From positions 1-44,442 of the forward strand of contig PXUB01000028.1 of the NCBI GenBank assembly GCA_003009755.1: a DNA stretch of 44,442 nt. Reading direction: 5' to 3'. Shown one piece after another: positions 30,096 through 41,400 of this stretch (position 1 is its first letter; each line of letters opens with the position of its first letter). This DNA is from Thermoplasmatales archaeon SW_10_69_26 (GTDB taxonomy: Archaea > Thermoplasmatota > SW-10-69-26). A program made the position numbers and the translations under genes. The notes below the pieces were generated by a model. It worked only from the letters and a program-made list of their open reading frames with translations, did not search any database and was not told the DNA's origin.

Positions 30096-30972
30096 AACGG
30101 CCCAGCTCCGCGTCCACGGCACGCCGGCCGTCGCGACGACCGCCGGCGACGGCGAGCAAGCCGTCTTGTGCGTCCACGGGCTCGCCAGCCAACGCGCCTT
30201 GCTCACCCCGCTCGTCGAACGCCTGGCCGAGGCTGGCTACCGAGCGCTCGCGCCCGACCTGCGCGGCCACGGCGACAGTGGTGGCCCCCGTGGCCTGCTC
30301 TCGCGGGACCGCGTGCTCGCCGACCTGCGCGCCTGGCACCGCTGGCTGGAGGACGAGGGGACCCAACTGCGTGCGATCGTCGGCCACTCGCTGGGCGGCC
30401 TGTGGGCGCTCGCCGCGCGCGAGCACCGGGGGATCGACGCGCTGGCGATGGTCGCCACCCCCGCCTCGATCCGGCGCGAGACCGCCTGGCTGGAACGCGC
30501 GATCTACCGGGTCGGCTACCGCCTGCAACGCCTGGTCGACCCGCTCGGTCTCACGCTGCGGGTCCCCAACCGTGTGGGTCTCGACGACGTGCTCGAGACC
30601 GAGGAGGCGATCGAGAGCGCCCGCCGGCTGGATCTCGTGCAAGGCTCGATCCCGCTGGCCAACGCCCGCGAGCTGCTCGCGCTCGACGGCCCTGCGATGG
30701 CCGCCGACACCGAGATCCCGGCCATCGTCGCCCGACCGACGCGGGACCGCCTCGTGCCCGAAGCCAGCACGCGCGCCCTCTACGAGGCCTTGGCTGGTCC
30801 CCGCACCTGGCTCGAGGTCGACGGCCCGCACGAGTGCTTCTTCGACGTCACCGGTCGAGCGTGCGCCCAGGCGATCGTCGACGCGCTCGCGGCCGCCCTC
30901 GAGGGCTCACATGAGGGCCAACAGGACCGCGATCGCAAGGAACAGGAGACCGATCGCAGCGTAAGCGAGTAG
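30082..30972 (+). CDS. Alpha/beta-fold hydrolase
   Basis: VHG oxyanion motif, DLRGHGDS, nucleophile elbow GHSLGG, and late Asp and His residues (DRLVP; GPHE). Confidence 0.9.
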
Positions 30973-31116
30973 TCCCGACCTGTATCCAACCATCCTATCG
31001 TTCACCTCGCCGCGACGGGGGGTTTGGCCCTACCGGTCGGTGAACCTTGGACCTCCCCTCCGCTACCCCAGGTCCGTGGACACCCCTCCGGCGAGGGGTT
31101 TAGGAGGGAACCAGCC

Positions 31117-31869
31117 GTGTCCGGGCCGGGGGACACGGTGACGCTGGCGGTCTTCGACTTCGACGGGACCCTGATCGAGGGCGATGCAGGCGTCCACTTC
31201 GCCCGTCACATGATCCAGAAAGGCTACCTTGACGCCATCACCGACGGATCGATCGCGTCTCGCGCCTGGCAGCTCACCCGCATGAACTGGGCCACGGCTC
31301 GCCTGCTGTTCGACCACGCCCGCCTGCACCTCGGGTACGAGCGCGGCGACATCGACCGACGCCAGATGGTCCAAAGCGCCTACGCGAACTTCGACGGCCT
31401 CGACCCCGCCACCGTCGCCGACGAGATGGACCGCTTCGCCCGCGACAAGCTCCCGGCCAAGCTCCGGCCCAACGTCGTCGACCGCCTGGGCCAGCACGCC
31501 GCCGAGGGCGATCACGTCCTCGTCCTCTCCACCGGCCTCCACGACCTCATCTGGCCGCTGCGCGAGGAGACCGGGCACGCGTTCGAGGTCGTCGCCTGCC
31601 ACCTCAAGCAGCGCGAGGGCGAGCTCACCGGCCAGGTCACCGGCCCCACGACCGGGGCCGAGAAGGCCACCCGGCTCGTCGCCGTGGCCCGGCGCAGCGG
31701 CCACGACCTCGACGAAGCCTACGCCTACGCCGACCACGAGACCGACGCCGACATGCTCGAGGTCGTCGGGAACCCCGTGGCTGTGCATCCCACAGACGAG
31801 ATGCGTCGGCGGGCGCGTGAGGAAGGCTGGCCGATTCTCGAGCGGGGGCGGCTCGAACCGAACGGTTAA
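31117..31869 (+). CDS. HAD-superfamily subfamily IB hydrolase
   Basis: FDFDGTL, VLSTG, AEKA and AYADHETDADMLEVVGNPVAVHP motifs. Start is GTG 31117 or 31138. Confidence 0.9.
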   Translation: MSGPGDTVTLAVFDFDGTLIEGDAGVHFARHMIQKGYLDAITDGSIASRAWQLTRMNWATARLLFDHARLHLGYERGDIDRRQMVQSAYANFDGLDPATVADEMDRFARDKLPAKLRPNVVDRLGQHAAEGDHVLVLSTGLHDLIWPLREETGHAFEVVACHLKQREGELTGQVTGPTTGAEKATRLVAVARRSGHDLDEAYAYADHETDADMLEVVGNPVAVHPTDEMRRRAREEGWPILERGRLEPNG

Positions 31870-31899
31870 GCTTGGAAGACCCCGTCGAGCCTCACGACT

Positions 31900-33495
31900 G
31901 TGGCACCGGCCTGGCAGATCTGGATGCTCGCGGCGGCGGCCCCACTCCAGCTGGCCGTCGCCTACTGGTGGTTCCGGGGGCCCCGATTGGAGGGGACGCG
32001 GTACTGGGTCAGCGGCCTGTTCGCCCTCAACGGGCTCGCCACGGCCGCCGAAGCCACGAACCTCCTGATGGCGGAACCGCTCGGCTTCGTCAAAGGCGTC
32101 GGCCGCGTGTCCTCGATCTGGACGAACTTCGCCGTGTTCGGTCTCGGTCTGGTAGCACTGCGGCTCCACGAGCGACGGCGGACGGCTTATCTCGCGATCG
32201 TGGGCGTGTTCGGCCTGAGCCTGGCCGTGGCCTCGCCCTTCGAATACATGCGCCGAGCCTTCGAGAACACCGCCTTCACGGACAGCATCCAGCGCCAGAG
32301 CCTGAGCTACGCCATCTTCGCCAGCGCCGCCGGGCTGGCTTACCGGGCCGGCGAGGCCGAACAACCCCGGCGGTCGTTGTGGGTGCTGGCCCTGGCCGGC
32401 ATCGTGTTCCGCTTCGCTGAGCTGTCCATCGCGTTCAACTCGCCACCGAGCGTCGACTGGAACCCAGCCGCCCCCCTGGAGACCTACGAGTCGGTGTTGC
32501 GACCGCTGTGGCTCGTCGCGACCGTGGGCGCGTTTGGATCCATGCTCGTCCACCGGTCCCGCGGCGCTGCTGTCGACCGCCCGAACCTCTACGACGGCGC
32601 CATCCTGCTGTTTCTGGGTGGGTTCATCTTCGGTGCCGGCCGCGGTGTCGGTCAGATCGGTTCGCTGGTCGCCTTCTTCTCGCTGGGGTTCGTCCGCCCG
32701 CTCGTCTTCCTCGGCGTGCAGAACCAACTCCTGGACGGCTCCTTCCGAGGGACGGGGCGCTGGCGGGCCCTGCGAAGCGGTGGCATCGTGTTCGTCTGGG
32801 TGCTCGTCGGTTTGCCTGTGGGCTACCTGATGGAGCTGACCTCGCTGTCCTCGTTCCTCATCGGTCTCGGACTTGGGGTCCTCGCGATCTCGGGCCTCCA
32901 CATCCCCGCCCGGCTACAGGCCCCACCCCAGGAGCATGGCTCCGAGCGAGGAGAACAGGACACGGCCCCAGAGGAGCCCGACTGGCCCCTCGAACCCGAC
33001 CGCGTCGCCCTGCCCGACGACTGGCGGGAGCGCGTCGAGGACGGGTACAACGCCTACACCCAGCTCGACCGCTCCACGCGGGAAGCCTTGGACGACCTTG
33101 CCCGGTGGCAACGCATCGTCCTCGCCCTCTGCGCGGCGCCCAGCGGACACAAGATCCCACCCTACGAGCGAACGACGCCTGGCATCCACCTCGTCACGCA
33201 TGCACCCTACTCCGGGATCGGCCCCGAGATCGCCCGGACGAACGACCGCGCCGAGGCGATCGTCGACGAGCTGGACCTCGACCGACCCAAGGCAGCGAGC
33301 CTGCACGGGGACGAGCCCCTGATCGAGTCCAGCCTCGGTCAGGCCGAGGGTCTCTCGAGCCCCCGGGCCAAAAGCTACGAGCTGACCGAGCTCGGGGACC
33401 GGGTCGCGGAGGCGCTTCGCCATCAGGTCGGGCTCGCGGAGTCCGACGACGAGCAGATCCTGCTCGTCCTCGGCGAGGGTTACGCCGACGCCTGA
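31900..33495 (+). CDS. Polytopic membrane protein (~10 TM) with C-terminal winged-helix-like domain; putative membrane-tethered transcription regulator
   Basis: The first ~335 aa are multi-TM. The soluble tail has WQRIVLAL..TTPGIHLVT..IGPEIAR and the wing/terminal helix RAKSYELTELGDRVAEALR typical of MarR/PadR-like wHTH. Confidence 0.6.
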   Translation: MAPAWQIWMLAAAAPLQLAVAYWWFRGPRLEGTRYWVSGLFALNGLATAAEATNLLMAEPLGFVKGVGRVSSIWTNFAVFGLGLVALRLHERRRTAYLAIVGVFGLSLAVASPFEYMRRAFENTAFTDSIQRQSLSYAIFASAAGLAYRAGEAEQPRRSLWVLALAGIVFRFAELSIAFNSPPSVDWNPAAPLETYESVLRPLWLVATVGAFGSMLVHRSRGAAVDRPNLYDGAILLFLGGFIFGAGRGVGQIGSLVAFFSLGFVRPLVFLGVQNQLLDGSFRGTGRWRALRSGGIVFVWVLVGLPVGYLMELTSLSSFLIGLGLGVLAISGLHIPARLQAPPQEHGSERGEQDTAPEEPDWPLEPDRVALPDDWRERVEDGYNAYTQLDRSTREALDDLARWQRIVLALCAAPSGHKIPPYERTTPGIHLVTHAPYSGIGPEIARTNDRAEAIVDELDLDRPKAASLHGDEPLIESSLGQAEGLSSPRAKSYELTELGDRVAEALRHQVGLAESDDEQILLVLGEGYADA

Positions 33496-33518
33496 ACCCG
33501 CGGAAGCTTGCACCTAAA

Positions 33519-33545
33519 GATTCCGAGGTAGGATACCTCGGAATC
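33519..33545. promoter_or_regulatory. Perfect 12-bp inverted repeat (putative operator or hairpin) upstream of the giant surface-protein gene
   Basis: GATTCCGAGGTA-gga-TACCTCGGAATC, flanked by CACCTA/TAGGTG. Confidence 0.6.
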
Positions 33546-33608
33546 AGAGGTAGGTGAACGTTGAAGGTCACCGGTTGGACCTGACGCCATCGAGGAGGCT
33601 TGGACCGG

Positions 33609-36600
33609 ATGACAGGCAAAGAAGGCGCCGGCACGCTGCAGAGGCTCGCTGCGATCGTCTTCGCGATCGCGCTGACCGTCTCGATGATCCCCGGGCTCAC
33701 GCCGGGTGTCGACGAAGATGAGGAGCTGGTCCCCTCGGCGTCGGCCACCCACGCTAGGTACGTCGACTTCTCGTGGCAACAGACCAGCGACGAGAACACG
33801 ATCGAGTTCTCCATCAGCAACGCCTGGCGCCGAGACGCGAGCCTGGACTGCGCGGACATCTCCAGCGGTTCGCCCGACTACTCGGTCAGCTGCTCTGGCG
33901 ACGACGGTCACCCCGTCACCGGTGACATCTTCGCTGAGCAGCAAGGCAACACCCGCTTCACGCCGGAGAGCGGGACGACCATCGGGGACGGCGACGGTGG
34001 CCCACTCCTCTACGAGGTCACCGCCTACAACGTCACCGAGAACTGGGTCATCGGGGTCGCCCTCGACCCGGACGAGTTCCCGACCGAGGACACCACGATC
34101 GAGCACACCTACGCCTCCGGCGGCGAATACGAGGCCTACATCGACTCCTGTTGTCGGATCTCGGCGAACGCGCACCCGTGGGACCACATCAACAACCCCG
34201 ATGGAGACTACCGCTACGAGACGGACGTTCAGGTCGGCGGCGACAACGACTCGCCGACCACGAACATGGTCCCGATCGCCGCGTGCCCGATCGACGACGA
34301 GTGCGAGATCGCGATCCCCGCCTCCGACCCCGACGGCGACGAGCTGCGGTTCCGGCTCGCCACCGACGAGGAGGCGACCGGCGGATCCGGGTTCGTCCAC
34401 CCGGGCCACGGCCAATCCTCGGTCGACGATCTCGAGATCAACGAGACGACGGGCCAGATCACGTGGAACACCACCGGCGCAGAGGCCGAGGACTGCTCTG
34501 CAGACTGCATGACGCTGTACTCCACCCAGATCGTCGTCGAGGATCTCGATGAGAATGGCAACGTCAAGAGCAAAGCGCCGGTCGACTTCCTGATCCATCT
34601 CACCGAAGACACGGTCGATCCCGGCACGGCACCCACGTTCGCGCACCCGCCGACGCCGACGTGCGGCGAGACGGTGCCGGCCACGCCGCAAGAGGAGGTC
34701 AGCTTCGACGTCCGCGCCAAGGGCGAACCCGACCGGAACGTCACCCTGCAAGCCTCCGGGATCCCGACCGACGCCAGCCTCGATCCCGAGAACCCCTCCG
34801 ACAACCCCGTGGAGACCACGTTCTCCTGGACCCCCAGCGAACAGGACCTCTCCAGCCCTGTCGTCATGACGTTCAGCGCGACCGACGACGAGGGCCTCCA
34901 GGAACGATGCTCGATCACGGTCGCACGGGAAGGGGTGGACCTCGAGGTCGTCGACTTGCAGATCACCGGCCTTCGAGGTTCGCCGGACACGTTCGAGGTC
35001 GGCGAGGACGTCCAGGTTCAAGCGACGATCCGGAACAACGGTGGCGGAGCCATCCAGGACGCACCGATCCGCATGGGCGCCCCCTCCGACACGCAGGAGC
35101 TGACCACCACGTTCGATCCCTCAGAGGCGAAGAAGGTGAGCTTCTGGACCACCTTGGAGGTCAGCGGGCCTTTCGAGGTCACCGTCACCACCGACCCCGA
35201 CGACGACATCCACGAGTTCGACGAAACGAACAACCAGCGCTCGGCATCCGGCATCGTTCACGCTGGCGTTACCCTCCAGGGGATCCACTCGCGGACCATG
35301 GAGGATCTCGGGACGACCCACGCGCTCGACCTTTACGCGCCCGGTGAGGAGGTCAAGCTCCACCTCCACGTCCAAGAACCGGATCCGCCGTCCCTCGATC
35401 CCGCGGATGTCGACCTCGCGCTGGCGGGGCAACCCCTGCCGATCGACGGCTTCGACCAGCAAGGGGCCAGCTTCACGGTCGACACCGCGATCCCCGACAC
35501 CGTGCCCCCGTCCGACGAGCACGCCGAACCGAAACCGCTCGTCGGAGAGGCCTACGACCATCGGCTCAACCTTCGCATCCCTAGCGAAGATCTAGCCGGG
35601 GCGGCCTCCGTGACCGTCCTCCACGACGGGATCAAGATCGGGTTGGACGACACCTTCTACGAGCTGGATGGCGGATGGTTCACGAGCTCCGTGGAGGCCC
35701 ATCCCGACCTCGGGACGATCTGGGTCCAGGAAGGTGAGCAGGCCGACCTCAGGTCCTCCGAGAAGCACGTCATGGGCGGGTCGCGCATGATCGACGTCCC
35801 CTACCACATCGACTTCGAGGACGTGCGGAGGACCACCCTGGTCACCCAGCACGGCCAGCCCGGCGTGGCGCACGGGGAGATCAAGATCACCCAGGACGAG
35901 GCATCCCTCCGTGCCTTCGTCGGCGGCTACGAGGATGGTGGGCTCGACTGGACCGTCCCCGTCTCCGGCTCGGACGATGTCGACGCCAGCGAATCCCCCC
36001 TCGACTCGTTGGCGAACCAACCCCTCGTCCCGTACCTACCCAACGGCAACGAGATGACGGGGGGAGGTGTCTACATCGCCACGGGGGCCGTCGAGGCGAA
36101 GGAGTTCCCCGAGCACCGGATCCAGTGGACGACCATCTCCCTCGACGTGCCGCCTGGCTTCGAGACGGCCACCACGTGCCGCGAGATCGCCGTCACGGGG
36201 GACCACCCCCACCGGTTCTCGTTCCCCGTCCGTCCTGGCGAGACCCTCCCCACCCCGACCTCCCACGACATCCAGGTCCATGCCTACGAGGGCCGAACCT
36301 GCGACGACCTCCCCGATCCCGACGAGTCTGAGTGGTCCCGGGCGATGAGCGTCGACCTTGTCGACGGTTCGCCGACCGTATCCCAGGTCCAGACGGTGTT
36401 GGGTGACCGTGTCGACGACGTCGCGGACAACGGGACCCGCTCGCTGCTCGGCAACTACCACCGCGACAACCTCGTCTTCTGGAAATCGGTGCTGGGTATC
36501 GGCATCACGGCGGCAGCGGCCGGGGGAAGCGACCTGCTCGTCGACTACCTCAGCGAGGCCCTCAGCGGAGCCGTCGAAAGCGGAGCCCTCAGCCAGGGTA

Positions 36601-38375
36601 CGATCGAGTTCCTCGGCGAGACCATTCCCGCCCTGTTCGCCATCGGGACCCACGAAGCCCTCGGCCACCTCGCCGACGATGAGGTCGATCACCTGCTCGC
36701 GGAGACGACGTACGAGGATCTCGAGGATGGAAAGATCGAGGCTAGCTCGCTCGGCGACGATCTCGGAACGCCCGACGCGATCCAGCTCGGCCTGTTCCTC
36801 CGACACCACGAGGACAAGATCGAGCCCTGGCGGCAGCAGGTCGACACCGGCGACCTCTGGAGCGGATCGGACCCCAAGATCGACATCGACGATCTCGAGA
36901 GCCTCGGGAGCCACCTTCACCGCACCGACGAAGCCTCGTGGATGCTGTCCCTGGGCGACGTCCGGACGGGCTCGGGCCACGTCCCCGGCATCACGCTTAC
37001 CACCCCGCCCAGGCCGGGCCTCCCTGCCGACGAATGCAAGGCAGCGTTCGACTGCTACTACTTCGGTCAGGAGCATCTCTACGAGACGGGGACCGACCCG
37101 AACGAGCTCGTGGCTCTCACCGACAGCTACCGGATCGCCAACCACGTCGGCATGGCCAGCAAGCTCGTCGGTGCCGGGCTCGCGCCGTTGACCGGGGGGG
37201 CTAGCGCCTCGATCGGCGCCCTCACGGCCGCCGGGGTCCAGGTCCCGTTCCTCGTCTTTTCCGCCTTGGGCGATGGATCCGCCTACCAGCAGGGGACCAT
37301 CGATCTCATCCGCGAGGCCAGCCCTCTCGGCCGGGAGACCACCGAGATCGAGACCGGGGTCATCTCCACGAACTCCTCGGTAGAGCACACCTACAATGCG
37401 AGCGGCTTCCTCGAGCGGGTCAACGTGTCGGTCGTCTCCTCCGGTGATCACCTCGACCTTGCCGTCCAGAACGCGTCGACCACGTGGACCGCTTCGGCCG
37501 CCAACACGACGACCAAGACCGGCAACGAGACCTGGGTGGAGGTGCCGATCGAAGCAACCAGCAACCTCACGATCACCGTCTCGGGAGCCACCGTCGACGA
37601 CCTGGACTACCACGTCCGGGTTTCCCAGTTCCTGGACGACGCGGCGCGGGAGGTCGTCGTCCAGCCCGAGACACCGAACGGGACACCGGTGAACGCCGAC
37701 GAGGTGCAGGTGAGCGGCCCGAACGGGACGCTCGACGTGGACGAACAGGGATCCGGGTACCGTGTCCTCACGTGGAACGACACCACGCTCGACGTCAGCG
37801 TGGACGACCCGGCCTACCTGTCGGCGCAAACGACCCACCACGTCAACACCACAGCCGAGACGATCAGCCTCCCCGTCCCTCTCACGCCGACCATCGTGCC
37901 TGGCAACGTTTCGGTCGCCGTCACGCAGGGGAACGACACTTCTCCATCCCTCGCGATCGCCAATAACGCCGCCGATCCGATCGACCTGAACCTCTCGCTG
38001 GAGGGCCGCGTCGCCGGGATCGCCTCCGTGCCGTCCACGACGACGATCCCCGCAGAGGACACCAGCGAGGTTCCGGTGAGCGTCACCACGAACGGTTCGA
38101 CCCTCGTCGGTCGCCACGATGGAGCCCTCCGCGTAACGGAGGCCGGGAGCTCGCACGGGGAGGCGGCCGTCGAGGTGTTCGTCGACGGTCCCGTCCTCAC
38201 GCGGAACGTCACGAGCGTCCACGAACGGATCTTCCAGGGCGACAGCTCGGCGACCGCGGTCACCGTCCGGAACCAGGGGCTCGCCAACGCGACCGGTCTC
38301 TCGTTGGCGACCGACCTCCCGTCCTGGCGACGGGCGCGAACTCGGACACGTCGGACCAGCCGATGGCCGACCTGA
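33609..38375 (+). CDS. Giant multidomain surface protein, N-terminal part (Ig-like/CARDB domains, Cys-rich N-terminus, internal hydrophobic helices); frameshifted at ~38327
   Basis: Signal peptide, THARYVDFSW, SCCRIS, DPDGDELRF and CARDB (DLEVVDLQ..DPDDDIHEFDETNN). The last 15 codons turn Arg-rich (off-frame). Confidence 0.8.
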   Translation: MTGKEGAGTLQRLAAIVFAIALTVSMIPGLTPGVDEDEELVPSASATHARYVDFSWQQTSDENTIEFSISNAWRRDASLDCADISSGSPDYSVSCSGDDGHPVTGDIFAEQQGNTRFTPESGTTIGDGDGGPLLYEVTAYNVTENWVIGVALDPDEFPTEDTTIEHTYASGGEYEAYIDSCCRISANAHPWDHINNPDGDYRYETDVQVGGDNDSPTTNMVPIAACPIDDECEIAIPASDPDGDELRFRLATDEEATGGSGFVHPGHGQSSVDDLEINETTGQITWNTTGAEAEDCSADCMTLYSTQIVVEDLDENGNVKSKAPVDFLIHLTEDTVDPGTAPTFAHPPTPTCGETVPATPQEEVSFDVRAKGEPDRNVTLQASGIPTDASLDPENPSDNPVETTFSWTPSEQDLSSPVVMTFSATDDEGLQERCSITVAREGVDLEVVDLQITGLRGSPDTFEVGEDVQVQATIRNNGGGAIQDAPIRMGAPSDTQELTTTFDPSEAKKVSFWTTLEVSGPFEVTVTTDPDDDIHEFDETNNQRSASGIVHAGVTLQGIHSRTMEDLGTTHALDLYAPGEEVKLHLHVQEPDPPSLDPADVDLALAGQPLPIDGFDQQGASFTVDTAIPDTVPPSDEHAEPKPLVGEAYDHRLNLRIPSEDLAGAASVTVLHDGIKIGLDDTFYELDGGWFTSSVEAHPDLGTIWVQEGEQADLRSSEKHVMGGSRMIDVPYHIDFEDVRRTTLVTQHGQPGVAHGEIKITQDEASLRAFVGGYEDGGLDWTVPVSGSDDVDASESPLDSLANQPLVPYLPNGNEMTGGGVYIATGAVEAKEFPEHRIQWTTISLDVPPGFETATTCREIAVTGDHPHRFSFPVRPGETLPTPTSHDIQVHAYEGRTCDDLPDPDESEWSRAMSVDLVDGSPTVSQVQTVLGDRVDDVADNGTRSLLGNYHRDNLVFWKSVLGIGITAAAAGGSDLLVDYLSEALSGAVESGALSQGTIEFLGETIPALFAIGTHEALGHLADDEVDHLLAETTYEDLEDGKIEASSLGDDLGTPDAIQLGLFLRHHEDKIEPWRQQVDTGDLWSGSDPKIDIDDLESLGSHLHRTDEASWMLSLGDVRTGSGHVPGITLTTPPRPGLPADECKAAFDCYYFGQEHLYETGTDPNELVALTDSYRIANHVGMASKLVGAGLAPLTGGASASIGALTAAGVQVPFLVFSALGDGSAYQQGTIDLIREASPLGRETTEIETGVISTNSSVEHTYNASGFLERVNVSVVSSGDHLDLAVQNASTTWTASAANTTTKTGNETWVEVPIEATSNLTITVSGATVDDLDYHVRVSQFLDDAAREVVVQPETPNGTPVNADEVQVSGPNGTLDVDEQGSGYRVLTWNDTTLDVSVDDPAYLSAQTTHHVNTTAETISLPVPLTPTIVPGNVSVAVTQGNDTSPSLAIANNAADPIDLNLSLEGRVAGIASVPSTTTIPAEDTSEVPVSVTTNGSTLVGRHDGALRVTEAGSSHGEAAVEVFVDGPVLTRNVTSVHERIFQGDSSATAVTVRNQGLANATGLSLATDLPSWRRARTRTRRTSRWPT

Positions 38376-38408
38376 TGGCGACGGCGCGCGAGGCCGAGGA
38401 GCGAGCGG

Positions 38409-41400
38409 AGCACGCTGACGGACCTCGACGACGACGGGACCGACGAGGAGCTCGTGCTCAACCACTCGACCGAGGATGTGGCCTCCGTCACCGTCGAGGG
38501 GGACAACCGTTCCCTCTCAGCCACGCTGTCCGCGGTCAACGTCGACGGGGACACGGGGACGCTGCTCGACTCCCGAACCGTCACAGCAGCCCTCGGCCAG
38601 GCGGGCGACTCCTTCCTGACACGCTGGGCCGACGGCGGCGTCCGCGTCGATCGCATCGTCGAGCTCGGGGCCGACGAGGTGTCCGTCGAGTACGACGTCG
38701 AAGGCGCCGAGGGCGATCTGGTCCTCGATCAGTCCCTCTCCACGGACGGCCAGGAGGAGAACGGCGAGATCCTCCCGACGACCTGGAACGCGACCGCTAC
38801 GCCGAGCTTGACGGTCGTCTCATCCCACGAGGAGGACCTCGGGTCAAACAACGTCCAGATGGCGTTCCGACACGACGAGGCCCCCCATATCACGTTCCAG
38901 CCCCGCTCGGGGGTCACGCTCCCGGACCTCTGGGACCGTCCCGCTGATCTCCACGGATCGGCCGTGAACCTGACCGGCACCGTCACCTCCACATACGTGG
39001 ACCGGTTCGTGCTCGAGAAGGACGGGACGGGGGTCCTCGCCCATCACAACGCCTCCGACCAACTTACCCGAGGCGACGAGGTCGTCGTCAGAGGGGAGGT
39101 CGTCCACGACCTCGGCGGTCCCCACGTCGAGGTCGCCAACGTCACCGTGACCGACCAAGCCCCCGTTCCCGAGCGGTCGCTACCGTCCGATCTCGGCGAC
39201 GCCGTGACCAACAACGGCAACGTCCGCGTCGGGTTCACCGGCGAGGTCGTCGAGGAGGGGCAGGCCGCCTACGCCTTTGAGACCACGAACCGCACCATCC
39301 CCGTCTACCCGTGGTACCGAGCCGGGCCTCCGGATTTGTCCACCTTTGAGGTCCACCAGATCCAGGGGTCGCTCGTCGACGGCCCCCGCGGCCCGGGCGT
39401 CCTGCTCGACGACTTCTCCTTCGTCCCCGCCCACGTGGGGGACATCCGGCTCCAGGATCGCACCTTCGATCTCGGCGACCTGGACACCTACACACAGCAA
39501 GGCGACCTCGTCGCCGACAACGCCACCGTGCGCGTCACGAACACGTCCTTCGTCTTCGACGGAGGCCTCGGCGATCGCTTCGCCCTCGAGATGACGAATG
39601 GCAGCCGGCTGACGCTTGAGAACGCGAGCCTCTCCGTCTCAGATCCCTCCGTGGCGGCGACGTTCGCCAACACCACCGTCTCGCTGTTGAACAGCACGAT
39701 GCACGGCCTCGACCTCGCATCGGCGGAGTCCGTCGACATCGAGGCCCGCAACGCGAGCCTCGCCGTCGGCGGAGACCCCGTGGTGTCGTCGGCTCGCCTG
39801 GACCTCAACGCCAGCCACCTCGGCGTCGACGGCGACCTTCAGCTCGCCAACGGGACCACGGTCCACCACGCGAACGGTTCCGCGCACCTCGGCGGCAACA
39901 CCGAGATCAGCGCCGACTCGCAGATGGAGCTCGTCAACACGAGCGTGAAGCTGGGCGCGGACGACGGAACAGGCGGGGTGCTCGAGACCGCCGGTCAGCT
40001 CCAACTGGCGGATCTCGACGACCAGCGGTTAACCCACTCGGGCAACGCGATCGTCGAGGCTCCCGCCAACCGGAGCGAACCGATCGCGCTCCGCGCCACC
40101 GACTCCGCGAACCTCACGATCGATCGGGCTGTCCTCACTGATCTCGGAGCCCCCAACGGGACGTCGATGGACGCCGGCTTCGTGATCGAAACCGACGACG
40201 CCGCGATCACCGAGTCGGAGATGGAAGACTTCGAGGACCTGTTCCTCGTCCGCGACGCCTCCCCCCGGATCTCGGGGAACAACATGGAGCACGGCCGAAC
40301 GGCGATCGAGGCCGTCGGGGGAAGCCAGGTCCTGGTCGAGGACAACGCGATCGTGCGGACGGATGTCGGCGCCCGCCTGGCGACCGAGGCTAGCGCGCCC
40401 ACGTTCACTCAGAACATCTTCGACGACGTGGGCCAGGGCGTCGTCGTCGAGGACGGGACCGCGAGCATCCTCGACAACGCGGTTCACCAGACCGACGAAG
40501 CGGGCATCCGCCTCGTCGACGCCGAGCCGACGATCGCCAACAACTCGTTCGCGTTCAACCGCGGATCGGCCATCCAGGCCGTGGACGTCGACGTCGACCG
40601 CGAGGACCCGGGAGCCAACGAGTCCCTCGTCCCGACGAACAACACCTTCCGCAGGAATCCGGTCGACTACGAGCAGCGTTGGACGCTGTCCCTGGACCTC
40701 ACCGGGACGGATGGGGAGCCGCTGACCACCGGCAATCTCACCATCCGGAACGCGAGCGACGAGCCCGTCATCGAGGGCCGCCCGATCAGTTCGGGTAACG
40801 TCACCGCAGAGCTCGCGGCGTACACGATCAACGCGACCGGCGTCCGGGAGGACCGGACCCCGCACACGGTCCTCGTCGACACCGCCGAGGGCCAGCAGAC
40901 CGAGACCGTGCAGGCCGCCCCCGACGCCACGCTCAGCCTCGACCAGATCCCCGTCCCCACGTCCTCCGGCTCCTCCGGCGGCGGTGGCGGGGGAGGCGGT
41001 GGTGGCGGTGGTGGAGGCGGCGGAGGGGGAGGTGGAGGCGGAGGCGGTTCCGCCTCGCCCAGCGTTGCTCCCTCCGAGGGCGAACCTGCCCAGGTCGAGG
41101 GCGAGGCCAGCGACGAGGCCGGGGGCACCTTCACCGCCGAGGCCACCGTCGAGGGCACCGGCGAGGTACGCATCCAGATGCCCGAGGACAGCCCCGTCGA
41201 GCGAGTTGAGGTCCCGGTCGAGCAGGCCGGGGACATCCAGACCGAGCTCGTCGTCCACGACGATCCGCCCGATGCGTTCCCGACACCACCGACTCAGGCC
41301 TACATGGACACGGGGACCTACCTCGACCTGGACGTCGACGGTAGCGCGCAGACCGACGAGACCACGGTGCGGTTCACCGTCCCGGAGGAGCGACTGGGCT

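Noticed and set aside
38373-38375. In-frame TGA as selenocysteine or stop read-through
   Set aside because: Codons on both sides of the TGA are off-frame Arg-rich sequence; two compensating indels explain it better.
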